Shown here in pieces: positions 16,791-25,866 of a stretch of 64,000 nucleotides of DNA. The notes beneath the pieces are model-generated. The model ran no database searches, was not told where the DNA came from, and worked only from the letters and a program-made list of their open reading frames with translations. The translations under genes and the position numbers were made by a program. Source of the stretch: Candidatus Aquivivens invisus (GTDB lineage: Bacteria > Omnitrophota > Gorgyraeia > Aquiviventales > Aquiviventaceae); the NCBI GenBank assembly GCA_001804415.1, contig MHGA01000006.1:14308-78307 (forward strand). The letters are read 5' to 3'. Each line of letters starts with the position of its first letter. Within the stretch, counting starts at the first letter, position 1.

Positions 16791-18548
16791 ATGGCTGATT
16801 TGCAATCCTTCCTCTCCCTCTTAGAACGCGAGGACCAACTCGCCCGCATCCGGGTGGAGGTCGATCCGGAGCTCGAGATCACCGAGATCGCCACGCGCGT
16901 GGTCAAGGAACGGGGGCCGGCGCTGTTGTTCGAGCGGGTGAAAGGCTCGGCCATCCCTCTGGCGATTAACATCTTGGGGACTGAGCGGCGCATCGAGCTC
17001 GCGCTCGGTCGGCACCCGCAAGAGGTTGGGGCCTCGCTGAAGCGCTTGATGGAAGCCGCGATGCCGCCTCGGCCCAAGCGGTTGCTCGAGGAATGGCGCA
17101 CCGTTGGCCGGGTGCTGTCGATGCCGCCCAGGCGGGTGCGTCGCGCGGCGTGCCACGACGTGGAAGAACCGCCCGACCTGGGGAAGCTGCCCATCATGAA
17201 ATGCTGGCCGAACGACGCGGGGCGGTTCATCACCTGCGGGATGGTGCTGACGCATGATCCCAAGACGGAGGTCCGGAACCTTGGCATCTACCGGATGCAG
17301 GTGGTCGGAGGCGATCAGGTGCTCATGCACTGGCAGATCCAGAAGGGCGGAGGATTCCACTATTGGAAAGCCGAGCAGCAGGGCAAGGCGCTGGCGGTCT
17401 CGGTCATCATCGGCGCAGATCCTCTCCTTTATATCGCTTCGGTCGCTCCGCTGCCTGAAGGGATTGACGAGCTGGCGTTCGCCGGATTTCTGGGAGGCCG
17501 GCGCATCCCGCTGGTGCATGGGAAGGCCACACCGACCGTCGCTCCCGCCGAGGCGGAGATCGTGCTGGAAGGTGTGGTGCCGCCTGATGAGCGCCTGCCC
17601 GAAGGGCCGTTCGGGGACCATTTCGGCCACTACTCCCATCCCGCGCCGTTTCCCGTGATGTGGGTTCAGACCATGACGCGCCGCGCCAAGCCGATTTATC
17701 TCTCGGCGGTCGTGGGCAAACCCCCTCAAGAGGACCGGTATATCGGCGACGCGGTGCAGGAGATGCTGCTGCCGATGATCCGGTTGATCCATCCGGAGCT
17801 GAAGGACCTGTGGGCCTATTACGAGGCCGGGTTTCACAGCCTGGCGGTGGCGGCGGTTGAGGAGCGGTACGGCAAGGAAGGGATGAAGACCGCCCTGGGG
17901 CTGCTGGGAACCGGGCAGATGAGCCTCACCAAGTGCCTCATCCTGGTGGATCCGGACGTCAACGCGCGCGACGCCAACGAAGTGCTGCGCGCCGTGCGCG
18001 ATCATTTCGATCCGGCGGAGGACTTTCTCTTGCTCCCTGGTGTCCCTTTTGATACGCTAGATTTTACGAGCCTGACCCCCAATCTGGGCAGCAAGATGGT
18101 GCTCGATGCCACCCGCGACGGGAAGGCATCCCCTCCAGGGGTTCCTCCAGTTGATCTGGAGGCTGTCCGGTGTCTGCATCCACGGATCCAAGCTGCCCGC
18201 ATCATCGGGGGATGTCTGGTGGCGGTCCAGGTCGAGGGCGAAGGCCGCTCGGTGGTGGAGGCGCTCGTTCAGGCGGATGCGTTGCGCGCCGTCAAGCTGA
18301 TCGCCGCGGTCAGCGCCGACGTGGACCTGCGCGAGGGCGAAAGCCTGTTGTGGGGGATCTTCACGCGGTTTGATCCCGCCCGCGACGTCGTCTTCACCGA
18401 GGTGGAGCTCCACGGAGGCTGGCCCATCCACCGAGGCCGCCTCGGCATCGATGCCACCTTCAAGACCGGATACCCTGATCCGATCGTGATGGATCCGGCA
18501 GTCGTCACACGAGTCACCCAACGATGGCCTCACTACTTCAAGGCGTAG
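16791..18548 (+). CDS. ubiD: UbiD-family decarboxylase (MqnM-like in futalosine route)
   Basis: 585 aa, UbiD family conserved blocks; starts 1 nt after ubiX stop. Confidence 0.8.
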   Translation: MADLQSFLSLLEREDQLARIRVEVDPELEITEIATRVVKERGPALLFERVKGSAIPLAINILGTERRIELALGRHPQEVGASLKRLMEAAMPPRPKRLLEEWRTVGRVLSMPPRRVRRAACHDVEEPPDLGKLPIMKCWPNDAGRFITCGMVLTHDPKTEVRNLGIYRMQVVGGDQVLMHWQIQKGGGFHYWKAEQQGKALAVSVIIGADPLLYIASVAPLPEGIDELAFAGFLGGRRIPLVHGKATPTVAPAEAEIVLEGVVPPDERLPEGPFGDHFGHYSHPAPFPVMWVQTMTRRAKPIYLSAVVGKPPQEDRYIGDAVQEMLLPMIRLIHPELKDLWAYYEAGFHSLAVAAVEERYGKEGMKTALGLLGTGQMSLTKCLILVDPDVNARDANEVLRAVRDHFDPAEDFLLLPGVPFDTLDFTSLTPNLGSKMVLDATRDGKASPPGVPPVDLEAVRCLHPRIQAARIIGGCLVAVQVEGEGRSVVEALVQADALRAVKLIAAVSADVDLREGESLLWGIFTRFDPARDVVFTEVELHGGWPIHRGRLGIDATFKTGYPDPIVMDPAVVTRVTQRWPHYFKA

Positions 18549-18574
18549 CCGACCGCCTTCAGCGCCGCGCGCGG

Positions 18575-19702
18575 ATGTCGAGAGCAGAGGCGCTGAAGCT
18601 CTTTGAGGCACGCGATCTCATCGGCCTCGGGCAATTGGCGAACGAGGTCAAGCAAGCCACATGGGGCGATCGCGCCCACTTTGTGATCAACCGCCAGATC
18701 AACCCTACGAACGTCTGCGTCCTGTCCTGCCGGTTCTGCGACTTCGCGACCAAGCGGGGACGCCCTAACGCCTACGAGATGACGATCCAGGACGTCTTAG
18801 ATCGCCTCAGCCCGGAGCTGCGGGAAGTCCACATCGTGCAGGGGCTGCATCCGGACTGGACGTGGGATTTCTACCTGGAGATGCTCCGCGCGATCAAGAC
18901 GAGCTTCCCCCGGATGCAGATCAAAGCCTGGACGGCGGTTGAGATTGACTATTTCTCCAAGAAGTTTCGCCTCTCGGTCGAAGAGGTCCTGGTGCAGATG
19001 AAGGAGGCGGGGCTCTCCGCCTTGCCCGGCGGGGGCGCGGAGGTGTTTTCCGAACGGGTGCGCAAGGCGCTGTTTCCCTTTAAAATCGGCGCGCCGAGGT
19101 GGCTGGAGATTCACCGGATCGCGCATCAGCTGGGCATCCCGACCAACGCGACCTTGCTGTACGGCCACATCGAGACGCGCGAAGAACGCGTGGATCACCT
19201 CCTGAAGCTTCGCGAACTCCAGGATGACACCGGCGGCTTCATGAGCTTCATCCCGTTGGCGTATCAAGTCGGCAAGACGCGCGTGGTCGAGCGCCAGGCG
19301 TCGGCGATCGAGGACCTCAAGACGATGGCGATCTCCAGGCTGCTCCTGGACAACATCCCCCACATCAAAGCCTACTGGGTGACGATGGGTGAAGAGACGG
19401 CGTCGATCGCCCTGAACTTCGGGGCCGATGATCTCGACGGGACGATCGGGGAGGAGCGGATCATGCATGCCGCGGATGCCGCAAGCCCGATTCGGCAGAC
19501 CCGCGAGCGGCTGGTGGAACTCATCCGAGCCTCCGGATGCGTGCCGGTGGAACGCGATGCCCTCTATCACGAGGTCGCGGTGTGCGACCCTTCGACTCGC
19601 GCCACGGCCTCTGGCCGTGGGCTCGCTCAGGATTCCGCCCCACGGGCGCAGGAAGAGGTGCCACGGGCTCTGCCCGTGGGGCTCCACAATGGCCACCGGT
19701 AA
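18575..19702 (+). CDS. Radical SAM menaquinone biosynthesis enzyme, MqnC/MqnE family (paralog 1; alternative start 18524); about 45-aa C-terminal extension encoded by hairpin repeats
   Basis: NPTNVCVLSCRFCDFA cluster motif, CofG/CofH-like fold. Confidence 0.75.
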   Translation: MSRAEALKLFEARDLIGLGQLANEVKQATWGDRAHFVINRQINPTNVCVLSCRFCDFATKRGRPNAYEMTIQDVLDRLSPELREVHIVQGLHPDWTWDFYLEMLRAIKTSFPRMQIKAWTAVEIDYFSKKFRLSVEEVLVQMKEAGLSALPGGGAEVFSERVRKALFPFKIGAPRWLEIHRIAHQLGIPTNATLLYGHIETREERVDHLLKLRELQDDTGGFMSFIPLAYQVGKTRVVERQASAIEDLKTMAISRLLLDNIPHIKAYWVTMGEETASIALNFGADDLDGTIGEERIMHAADAASPIRQTRERLVELIRASGCVPVERDALYHEVAVCDPSTRATASGRGLAQDSAPRAQEEVPRALPVGLHNGHR

Positions 19703-19736
19703 AGTCAGAAGTCAAAAGTCAGAAGTCGGAAGTACA
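19702..19736. repeat. Tandem heptanucleotide repeat (AAGTCAG)x5 (imperfect) between mqnC/E paralog 1 and mqnA
   Basis: aagtcag aagtcaa aagtcag aagtcgg aagtaca, followed by CT-rich run. Confidence 0.9.
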
Positions 19737-19766
19737 CTTCCCTCTTCCCCCTTCGCTCTTCCCCCT

Positions 19767-20522
19767 TTGACGGTGGCCCGCATTCCGTATCTCAACTGCG
19801 CGCCGTTTTTTGCCGGCCTTCCGCTCAAGCCAGGATGGGAGGTGGTCGACGTTGCGCCCAGGCGTTTAGGCCAGATGGCTGAGGAGGGCAAGTTCTTGGC
19901 GGGCGTGATGTCGCTGGCGGATTACCTGCGGTTGCAGGATCGCTTCGAGCGGATCGGGCCGCTGGGGGTGGCGGTGCGGGGACGGGTGGGCAGCGCGCTG
20001 CTGTTTTCGCGCAAACCCCTTCGGCAGCTGGACGGCGCCTGCGTCGCGGTGACGGACGAAACGTCGACGACCGCCCTGTTGCTTCGCGTGATCCTGGAAC
20101 AGCGTTACCACCTGACGGTTCGACTCGCGCCGCACGCCCACCCGACCCAGCAGGATGCTGACGCGGTGCTGCTGATCGGCGATGAGGCCTTGCGGTTTGG
20201 CAGCGTCAACCGGCTCTATCCGTTTGAGATTGATGTCGCCTTTGAATGGTGGTTGTGGCAGCATCTGCCCTGCGTCTTCGCCGTGTGGGCGATCCGCGCG
20301 GACGCCGGCGCGAGCACCAAGCGGGAGGTGAGCGAAGCCCTCCAGCGCACCCTGGCGGTCAACCTGCGTCGCCTCGATGAGCTCGTCATCCAACCGGCTG
20401 CCTCCCTGCACGTTCCGGCCGAGGACCTCACGATGTATCTGAGCCGGTTCATCTATCGTCTCAGCGCCGAGGAGGAGCGCGCCATCCAGCGCTTCGCCCA
20501 ACTGTCCCAATCCATGGCATGA
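19767..20522 (+). CDS. mqnA: Chorismate dehydratase MqnA (start uncertain: TTG 19767/GTG 19773, or ATG 19689 if heptamer tract is translated)
   Basis: RIPYLNCAPF MqnA signature, PF02621-type fold. Confidence 0.75.
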   Translation: MTVARIPYLNCAPFFAGLPLKPGWEVVDVAPRRLGQMAEEGKFLAGVMSLADYLRLQDRFERIGPLGVAVRGRVGSALLFSRKPLRQLDGACVAVTDETSTTALLLRVILEQRYHLTVRLAPHAHPTQQDADAVLLIGDEALRFGSVNRLYPFEIDVAFEWWLWQHLPCVFAVWAIRADAGASTKREVSEALQRTLAVNLRRLDELVIQPAASLHVPAEDLTMYLSRFIYRLSAEEERAIQRFAQLSQSMA

Positions 20523-21604
20523 GCCCCGTCTGCTGCGACTCGCTCGAGGAGAAGGTGTTCGCCGGGGAGCGGCTGACGCGCGAGGAAGGCCGCTCCCTCT
20601 TGCAAGACGCCTCCCTCCTTGAGCTAGGTCAGCTCGCCAACTCCGTGCGCTCCCGCCACAATCCCGACCCCGCCGTGACGTTTGTGATCGACTCGAATCC
20701 GAACTACACGAATGTGTGCATCACCGACTGCGTCTTCTGCGCGTTCTACCGCAAGCCCGGCTCGAAGGACGGCTATGTCCTGACGGTGGACCAAGTCATG
20801 GAGAAGGTCCGTCGGGCCGTTGAGTTGGGGGCGACGACCGTCTTGCTGCAAGGAGGGCACAACCCGCAGATTCCCCTCAGCTATTACCTGGCGTTGGTCT
20901 CCGAAACCCGCCGCCGGTTTCCGCAGGTGACCCCGCATTTCTTCACCGCCTCGGAAGTGACGACGATGGCGCAGGTCTCCGGGCTGCCGATCGGCGATGT
21001 GCTCAGACAGCTCAAAGACGCGGGGCAGTCCACCTTGCCGGGCGGGGGCGCGGAGATCCTCTCCGATCGCATTCGGCGGAGGCTCAGTCCGAAGAAAGGC
21101 GGAGCCGAGGCGTGGTTATCGGTCCATCGCGAAGCGCACCGCCTCGGCTTCAAATCGACCGCGACCATGATGTTCGGTCACCTCGAGGACGACGACGATC
21201 TCCTCCAACACCTTGAGCACATCCGCGGGCTGCAAGATGAGACGAGAGGGTTCACCGCTTTTATCCCGTGGAGCTTCAAGCCCGGCAACACCCCGCTCGA
21301 GAAACCGATCCCGCATCACGCCGACCCAACCCGTTACCTTCGGATCATCGCGCTCTCGCGACTCTACCTCGACAACGTCCCGCACATCCAGGCTTCCTGG
21401 TTCTCTGAAGGCAAGAAGACCGGCCAGGTCGCTCTGCACTTCGGGGCCGACGATTTCGGAGGGACCTTGTTCGAGGAGAACGTGCACGCCGCCACCAACT
21501 TTATCAACACAACGAGCGTTGAGGACCTCGTCACCGTGATCCGTGAAGCGGGATTTCGGCCGGTTCAACGCACCACGTTGTACGAACGCATCAAGGAGTG
21601 GTAA
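20519..21604 (+). CDS. Radical SAM menaquinone biosynthesis enzyme, MqnC/MqnE family (paralog 2)
   Basis: NYTNVCITDCVFCAF motif; ATGA overlap with mqnA. Confidence 0.75.
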   Translation: MSPVCCDSLEEKVFAGERLTREEGRSLLQDASLLELGQLANSVRSRHNPDPAVTFVIDSNPNYTNVCITDCVFCAFYRKPGSKDGYVLTVDQVMEKVRRAVELGATTVLLQGGHNPQIPLSYYLALVSETRRRFPQVTPHFFTASEVTTMAQVSGLPIGDVLRQLKDAGQSTLPGGGAEILSDRIRRRLSPKKGGAEAWLSVHREAHRLGFKSTATMMFGHLEDDDDLLQHLEHIRGLQDETRGFTAFIPWSFKPGNTPLEKPIPHHADPTRYLRIIALSRLYLDNVPHIQASWFSEGKKTGQVALHFGADDFGGTLFEENVHAATNFINTTSVEDLVTVIREAGFRPVQRTTLYERIKEW

Positions 21605-21606
21605 GG

Positions 21607-22077
21607 ATGGGACAGGAGATTCCGCTTTCCAACGGTGTGGGCGAGGTCATGGCGCCGCAGACGCTCGTGACGGCCTTCGTCATCGCGCCGGACGGCAGCA
21701 TTCGGTTGGATGCCGGCGCGCTGCATGGACGCAGCCAGATCGAGGGCCAGGTGACGATGGTCTCGCGGCAGGAGCTGGCGGGTGAGTCCCAGCCGGTGCT
21801 CGTCGTGTGGGTGGCCCTGGAGCTTGACGGGGCCAATCGGCCGGTGCGGTACAAAGGCTTGTCGGTGTGCCAGATCCTCGTGAACTCGAAGCAGCAGATG
21901 GGCTACAAGAGCCTCTCCGAGCACGTCAACCGCATGGGCGAAGCGATTCGAGGAGACATCAACATTGCGCGTCTCAGCCCCGAGCAGCGGCGCGCGGTCA
22001 AGCAACAACTCGTGGCCTTGGGCGCTTCGTTCTGGGACGCGTCCGACCCGGTGCTCAAGCAGGCCCTTGAGTCGTGA
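21607..22077 (+). CDS. Hypothetical protein (156 aa), translationally coupled to downstream BioB-like gene
   Basis: SD AAGGAG upstream; ATGA overlap at 22074. Confidence 0.45.
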   Translation: MGQEIPLSNGVGEVMAPQTLVTAFVIAPDGSIRLDAGALHGRSQIEGQVTMVSRQELAGESQPVLVVWVALELDGANRPVRYKGLSVCQILVNSKQQMGYKSLSEHVNRMGEAIRGDINIARLSPEQRRAVKQQLVALGASFWDASDPVLKQALES

Positions 22078-23048
22078 TGGAGTGGTCCTCCATCATCTCG
22101 CGCTCGCTGACGGACGAGGCGATTGCCCGCGAGGAAGCCCTCGACATCCTGCGGCTGCCTGACGAGCAGATCGTGGAGGTCTTACGCGCCGCCTTCGAGG
22201 TGCGCCAAGCCACCTACGGCAAGCGGGTGAAAATCTGCCTGCTGCAAAACGCCCGCAGCGGGCTGTGCCCCGAGGATTGCCACTACTGTTCCCAGTCCGC
22301 CGTATCCACCGCGCCGATTGCGAGGTACCTGCTGCTTCCCCTTGACCAGCTGATGGAGGGGGCTCGTCGCGCGCGCGAGGCCGGGGCAAGACGCTACTGC
22401 ATGGTGACCAGCGGACGGGGCCCCAGCGAAGAAGACATCGCGCACTTCTGTGAAGCCGCCCGACTGATCAAATCCCAGTATCCCCTGGAGATCTGCGTGT
22501 CGCTGGGCATCCTGTCGGGGACGCAGGCCCACCAACTCAAAGAGGCCGGTGTGGGGTGGGTGAACCACAACCTGAACACCAGCGCTCGGCATCATCCCGC
22601 CATCTGTACGACCCACACGTATCAGGATCGCCTCCAAACCGTCCGGAATGTCCAGCAGGCCGGGCTGATGACGTGCAGCGGAGGCATCGTGGGCATGGGC
22701 GAAACGGACGAGGATCTTCTCGAACTCGCCCTGGCCCTGCGGGAGTTGCGCGTCAACTCGCTGCCGGTCAATTTCCTCAATCCGATCCCCGGCACGCCGC
22801 TGGAGGCGTGCCGCGCGCTGACCCCCATGCGGTGTCTGAAAATCCTCTGCCTGTTCCGGTTTCTGAATCCGAAAAGCGATCTGCGCGCCGCGGGAGGCCG
22901 CGAGGTCAATCTGCGCTCCCTCCAGCCGCTGGCGCTGTATCCCGCCAATTCCATCTTCGTGGACGGTTACCTGACCACGCCGGGCCAGGCCGCGCAGGCC
23001 GCCCGGCAGATGGTCAGCGACATGGGGTTTGAGCTGGAGGAGTCATGA
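22074..23048 (+). CDS. bioB: Biotin synthase-like radical SAM protein
   Basis: CPEDCHYCSQS plus BioB-type 2Fe-2S cysteines (RYCMVTSGRG, EICVSLGIL, MTCSGGIVG). Confidence 0.6.
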   Translation: MMEWSSIISRSLTDEAIAREEALDILRLPDEQIVEVLRAAFEVRQATYGKRVKICLLQNARSGLCPEDCHYCSQSAVSTAPIARYLLLPLDQLMEGARRAREAGARRYCMVTSGRGPSEEDIAHFCEAARLIKSQYPLEICVSLGILSGTQAHQLKEAGVGWVNHNLNTSARHHPAICTTHTYQDRLQTVRNVQQAGLMTCSGGIVGMGETDEDLLELALALRELRVNSLPVNFLNPIPGTPLEACRALTPMRCLKILCLFRFLNPKSDLRAAGGREVNLRSLQPLALYPANSIFVDGYLTTPGQAAQAARQMVSDMGFELEES

Positions 23049-23181
23049 TCCCCCCACCTCCTGAGGGCTGCCAATGGCAGCCCATGCAACGCGAGACAGC
23101 GCGCGAGGGGATGGCGAAATTTGCAGAGACAGAGCATGGTTGCATTGCCACGCCATTGGTGTGGCATCAGGAGGTGGGGGG

Positions 23182-23721
23182 ATGAAGCGAACCTGGATCC
23201 TGACGGCGATCGGCAGGGATCGGCCCGGCATCGTGGCGCATGTGACCAAGGTCTTGTACGCGCTCGGCGGCAATCTCGAAGACTCCGCGATGACGCGGCT
23301 GTGCGGCGAATTTGCGATCATGCTGGTCTTCTCCGCGCCGGGTCTGGTGACGGCGAAGCGGCTGGAGAGGGCCTTTCGACCGGTCGCCTCCCGACTAGGG
23401 CTGGCGACTCATCTCAAGCCGCTGGCGGCAACCGCGCAGCGTTCGACGACGCGGCCCCGCGTCTCTCTCATCTCCGTCTACGGGGCTGACCACCCGGGCA
23501 TTGTGTATCGGGTTGCCGAGTTGCTCGCCCGCTCCAAGATCAACATCACCGACCTATCGACCCATCGAACCACGGGCAACCGTCCGCTGTACCATCTCCT
23601 CCTTGAAGTCGAGCTGCCAAACCGACTCGACCCCGCACGGCTCGAACGCCGCCTGAAGACGCTGGGCAGACGACTTGGCGTCACGGTGAGCCTCCGAGCG
23701 GCTGAGACGACAGTCCTCTAG
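23182..23721 (+). CDS. Tandem ACT-domain protein (GcvR/UPF0237-like)
   Basis: Two ACT repeats (GRDRPGIVAHVT..., GADHPGIVYRVAELL...). Confidence 0.6.
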   Translation: MKRTWILTAIGRDRPGIVAHVTKVLYALGGNLEDSAMTRLCGEFAIMLVFSAPGLVTAKRLERAFRPVASRLGLATHLKPLAATAQRSTTRPRVSLISVYGADHPGIVYRVAELLARSKINITDLSTHRTTGNRPLYHLLLEVELPNRLDPARLERRLKTLGRRLGVTVSLRAAETTVL

Positions 23722-23732
23722 CTGCCGCGCGC

Positions 23733-24236
23733 ATGGCCGTGCTGCCTGTCCGACGGTTTCCCGATCCGCTCCTCAAGACCATCACTCGCCCTGTCGATCC
23801 AAACGCCCCGCCTGTCCGGCGGCTCATCGCGGATCTTATCGACACCATGCGGCATCATCCCCGTTGTGTCGGCTTGGCCGCGCCGCAGGTGGGGCAGCTG
23901 CTGCGCGTGGCGGTGGTGGATGTGACCGGCCACCCGAAAGCCGAGCAGTCGCACGGCCTGCTGGTGTTGGTGAATCCCCGCCTCACGGCCCGAGACGGTC
24001 TGCGCATGCAACGGGAGGGATGCCTGTCGGTGCCTGATCTCACCGGGAACGTCAGCCGGGCCGTCCGGGTGCACGTCGAGGCGTGGGATGGCTCAGGCGC
24101 CCGGTGGACCAGGCGGCTGGAGGGATTTGAGGCGGTGGCGGTTCAGCACGAGCTCGATCACCTGGACGGCACGCTCTTCCTGGATCGCGTGGTGAATGCG
24201 CGCACCGACGTGTTCAGGCGACAACGATACGCCTAA
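23733..24236 (+). CDS. def: Peptide deformylase
   Basis: GLAAPQVG, EGCLSVP, HELDHLDG motifs. Confidence 0.9.
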   Translation: MAVLPVRRFPDPLLKTITRPVDPNAPPVRRLIADLIDTMRHHPRCVGLAAPQVGQLLRVAVVDVTGHPKAEQSHGLLVLVNPRLTARDGLRMQREGCLSVPDLTGNVSRAVRVHVEAWDGSGARWTRRLEGFEAVAVQHELDHLDGTLFLDRVVNARTDVFRRQRYA

Positions 24237-25087
24237 CGATCCGCGGTCCGCGTCGGCGGCTGGATCAACGCGAGACGGGGCACGCGCGGGATCAGGCCGC
24301 GCGCATGCGCCTCGCGGTAGAGCAGGCGCAGGGCCTGCCGGCAGGGACGGGAAAAACTCAGGGTGTCTTCGTTCACATACATGCTGACGAACTGTCTGGC
24401 GCGCACCGGATCAATGCCTCGCCCGTAGCGAAGCGACCAGGCCATGGCTTCATCCTGATGCGTCATCGCATAGACGATGCTGTCCCGCAGCAGCTGCGCA
24501 AATTTCGAAGCGAGGGGTTTGCCCAACGAGCGTTTGATGACGTTCAACCCCAGCGGCAGCGGCAATTTTTTCTGCTGCTGCCACCACATCCCTAAATCCA
24601 GGATCGGCAGCAAGCCTTGATCGCGGTAGGTCAGTTGCCGCTCGTGGATGAGCAGCCCCGCCTCCACTTCGCCGTTGAGCACCGCGTCGGGAATCCGCTC
24701 GAAGGCCATCTCGATCGGCACAATCCCCTGGACGGCAAGCGAGAGGAGGAGGGAGGCCGTGGTGTGGAGACCGGGAACCGCCACGCGGCACTTGGCGAGG
24801 TCAGACGGCGCGTAGCCCTTCATCGCCACCACGACCGGCCCGTAGCTTCGCCCCACGCTTGACCCAACGCCCAACATCCAGTAGTCATGGGCGATCAGGG
24901 GGTAGCTCGCCGCCGAGACGGCCGTGACGTCCAGCTCGGCGTGGAGGGCTCGTCGGTTCAGGGTTTGGATGTCTTCGATTGTCTGTCGGACACGGAGTCC
25001 CTCCATCGCGACCTTTCCTTCCGCGATGGCGTAGAACATGAACGCATCGTCCATGTCCGGCGTATGCCCAACAGTGAGCGTCCTCAT
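24233..25087 (-). CDS. MqnA/MqnD-family protein, probable 1,4-dihydroxy-6-naphthoate synthase MqnD (start 25087 or 25096)
   Basis: GHTPDMDDAFMFYA aligns with MqnD GxSPCPNDTFxFYA; N-terminal 55 aa of the longer ORF rejected. Confidence 0.6.
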   Translation of the reverse strand: MRTLTVGHTPDMDDAFMFYAIAEGKVAMEGLRVRQTIEDIQTLNRRALHAELDVTAVSAASYPLIAHDYWMLGVGSSVGRSYGPVVVAMKGYAPSDLAKCRVAVPGLHTTASLLLSLAVQGIVPIEMAFERIPDAVLNGEVEAGLLIHERQLTYRDQGLLPILDLGMWWQQQKKLPLPLGLNVIKRSLGKPLASKFAQLLRDSIVYAMTHQDEAMAWSLRYGRGIDPVRARQFVSMYVNEDTLSFSRPCRQALRLLYREAHARGLIPRVPRLALIQPPTRTADR

Positions 25088-25797
25088 CAGCTCCATTCCT
25101 CGTAGTGGATCTGCCCAGGCTGCACCCCGTAGGCGCGCAGGTCGTGGGCCACCGCCTTCACCACCTCGAGCCAGCCGCAGATGTAAATTTCTTTGTTGGT
25201 GAAGTCGGTGATATACTTGCGGAACGCGTCTTGCACGTGTCCGACCTCGCCCTGCCATTCTTTCGGCCGGCTGACGATCGGAACATACTGGAAGTTATGG
25301 CGCAGGGAGGCCAGCGTGCGGAACTCAGCCTCGAACAAGGTGCCGTGCTCGTACCGGCAGCCGAAGAACAGCCGCACCGGTTGGGTCGCATGCAGGTGAA
25401 AGAGATGATGAATCATGCTCCGCAGCGGGGCGACACCGGTTCCAGTGGCCATGAAGATCGGCTCATACGTGAGGGGTTGCTTGAGGACGAAGCGCCCGTG
25501 CGGGCCGGAGAGGGTGACGGGGGAGCCGGTTTTTAATTGCCAGAAGAAGGTCGAAGCCGCCCCGCCGTCCACATGCTGGAGGCAAATCTCCACCACGCCC
25601 TCCTCATGCGGGGGCGAGGCGATGGAGTAGGCTCGCTTGACGACCGCCCCGTTCTTCGGCACATGGACAATCACGAACTGCCCGGCTTCGAAGGGCAGGT
25701 GGGTGGGTTCGGCCAGCCGAAGCCGGAAACAGCGGACGTTATACGACAAGATGTCAATCCGATCGACGACCGTGCGATACGGTTGCGCTGCCATCAT
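25087..25797 (-). CDS. Ferredoxin-NADP reductase-like FAD/NAD(P)-binding oxidoreductase, translationally coupled (TGATG) to the mqnD-like gene
   Basis: RAYSIAS FAD motif, GTGVAP NAD motif. Confidence 0.65.
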   Translation of the reverse strand: MMAAQPYRTVVDRIDILSYNVRCFRLRLAEPTHLPFEAGQFVIVHVPKNGAVVKRAYSIASPPHEEGVVEICLQHVDGGAASTFFWQLKTGSPVTLSGPHGRFVLKQPLTYEPIFMATGTGVAPLRSMIHHLFHLHATQPVRLFFGCRYEHGTLFEAEFRTLASLRHNFQYVPIVSRPKEWQGEVGHVQDAFRKYITDFTNKEIYICGWLEVVKAVAHDLRAYGVQPGQIHYEEWS

Positions 25798-25866
25798 CTG
25801 GTATTCTAACAGAGCGGCTCGCGCATTGTAAATTGACGTCGTCGGGCGGCGTGGTGAACCTCGCGC

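Noticed and set aside
18524-18574. Use of the first ATG (18524) for mqnC/E paralog 1
   Set aside because: That start would overlap ubiD by 25 nt, and the Mqn radical SAM N-terminus aligns better from MSRAEALKLF. It is kept only as an alternative.
24233-25258. Long N-terminal extension of the mqnD-like ORF (MAGRGRTRARR...)
   Set aside because: The extension is Arg-rich, low-complexity sequence and overlaps the 3' end of the FNR-like gene. A clean TGATG coupled start at 25087 gives a protein of MqnA/D size.
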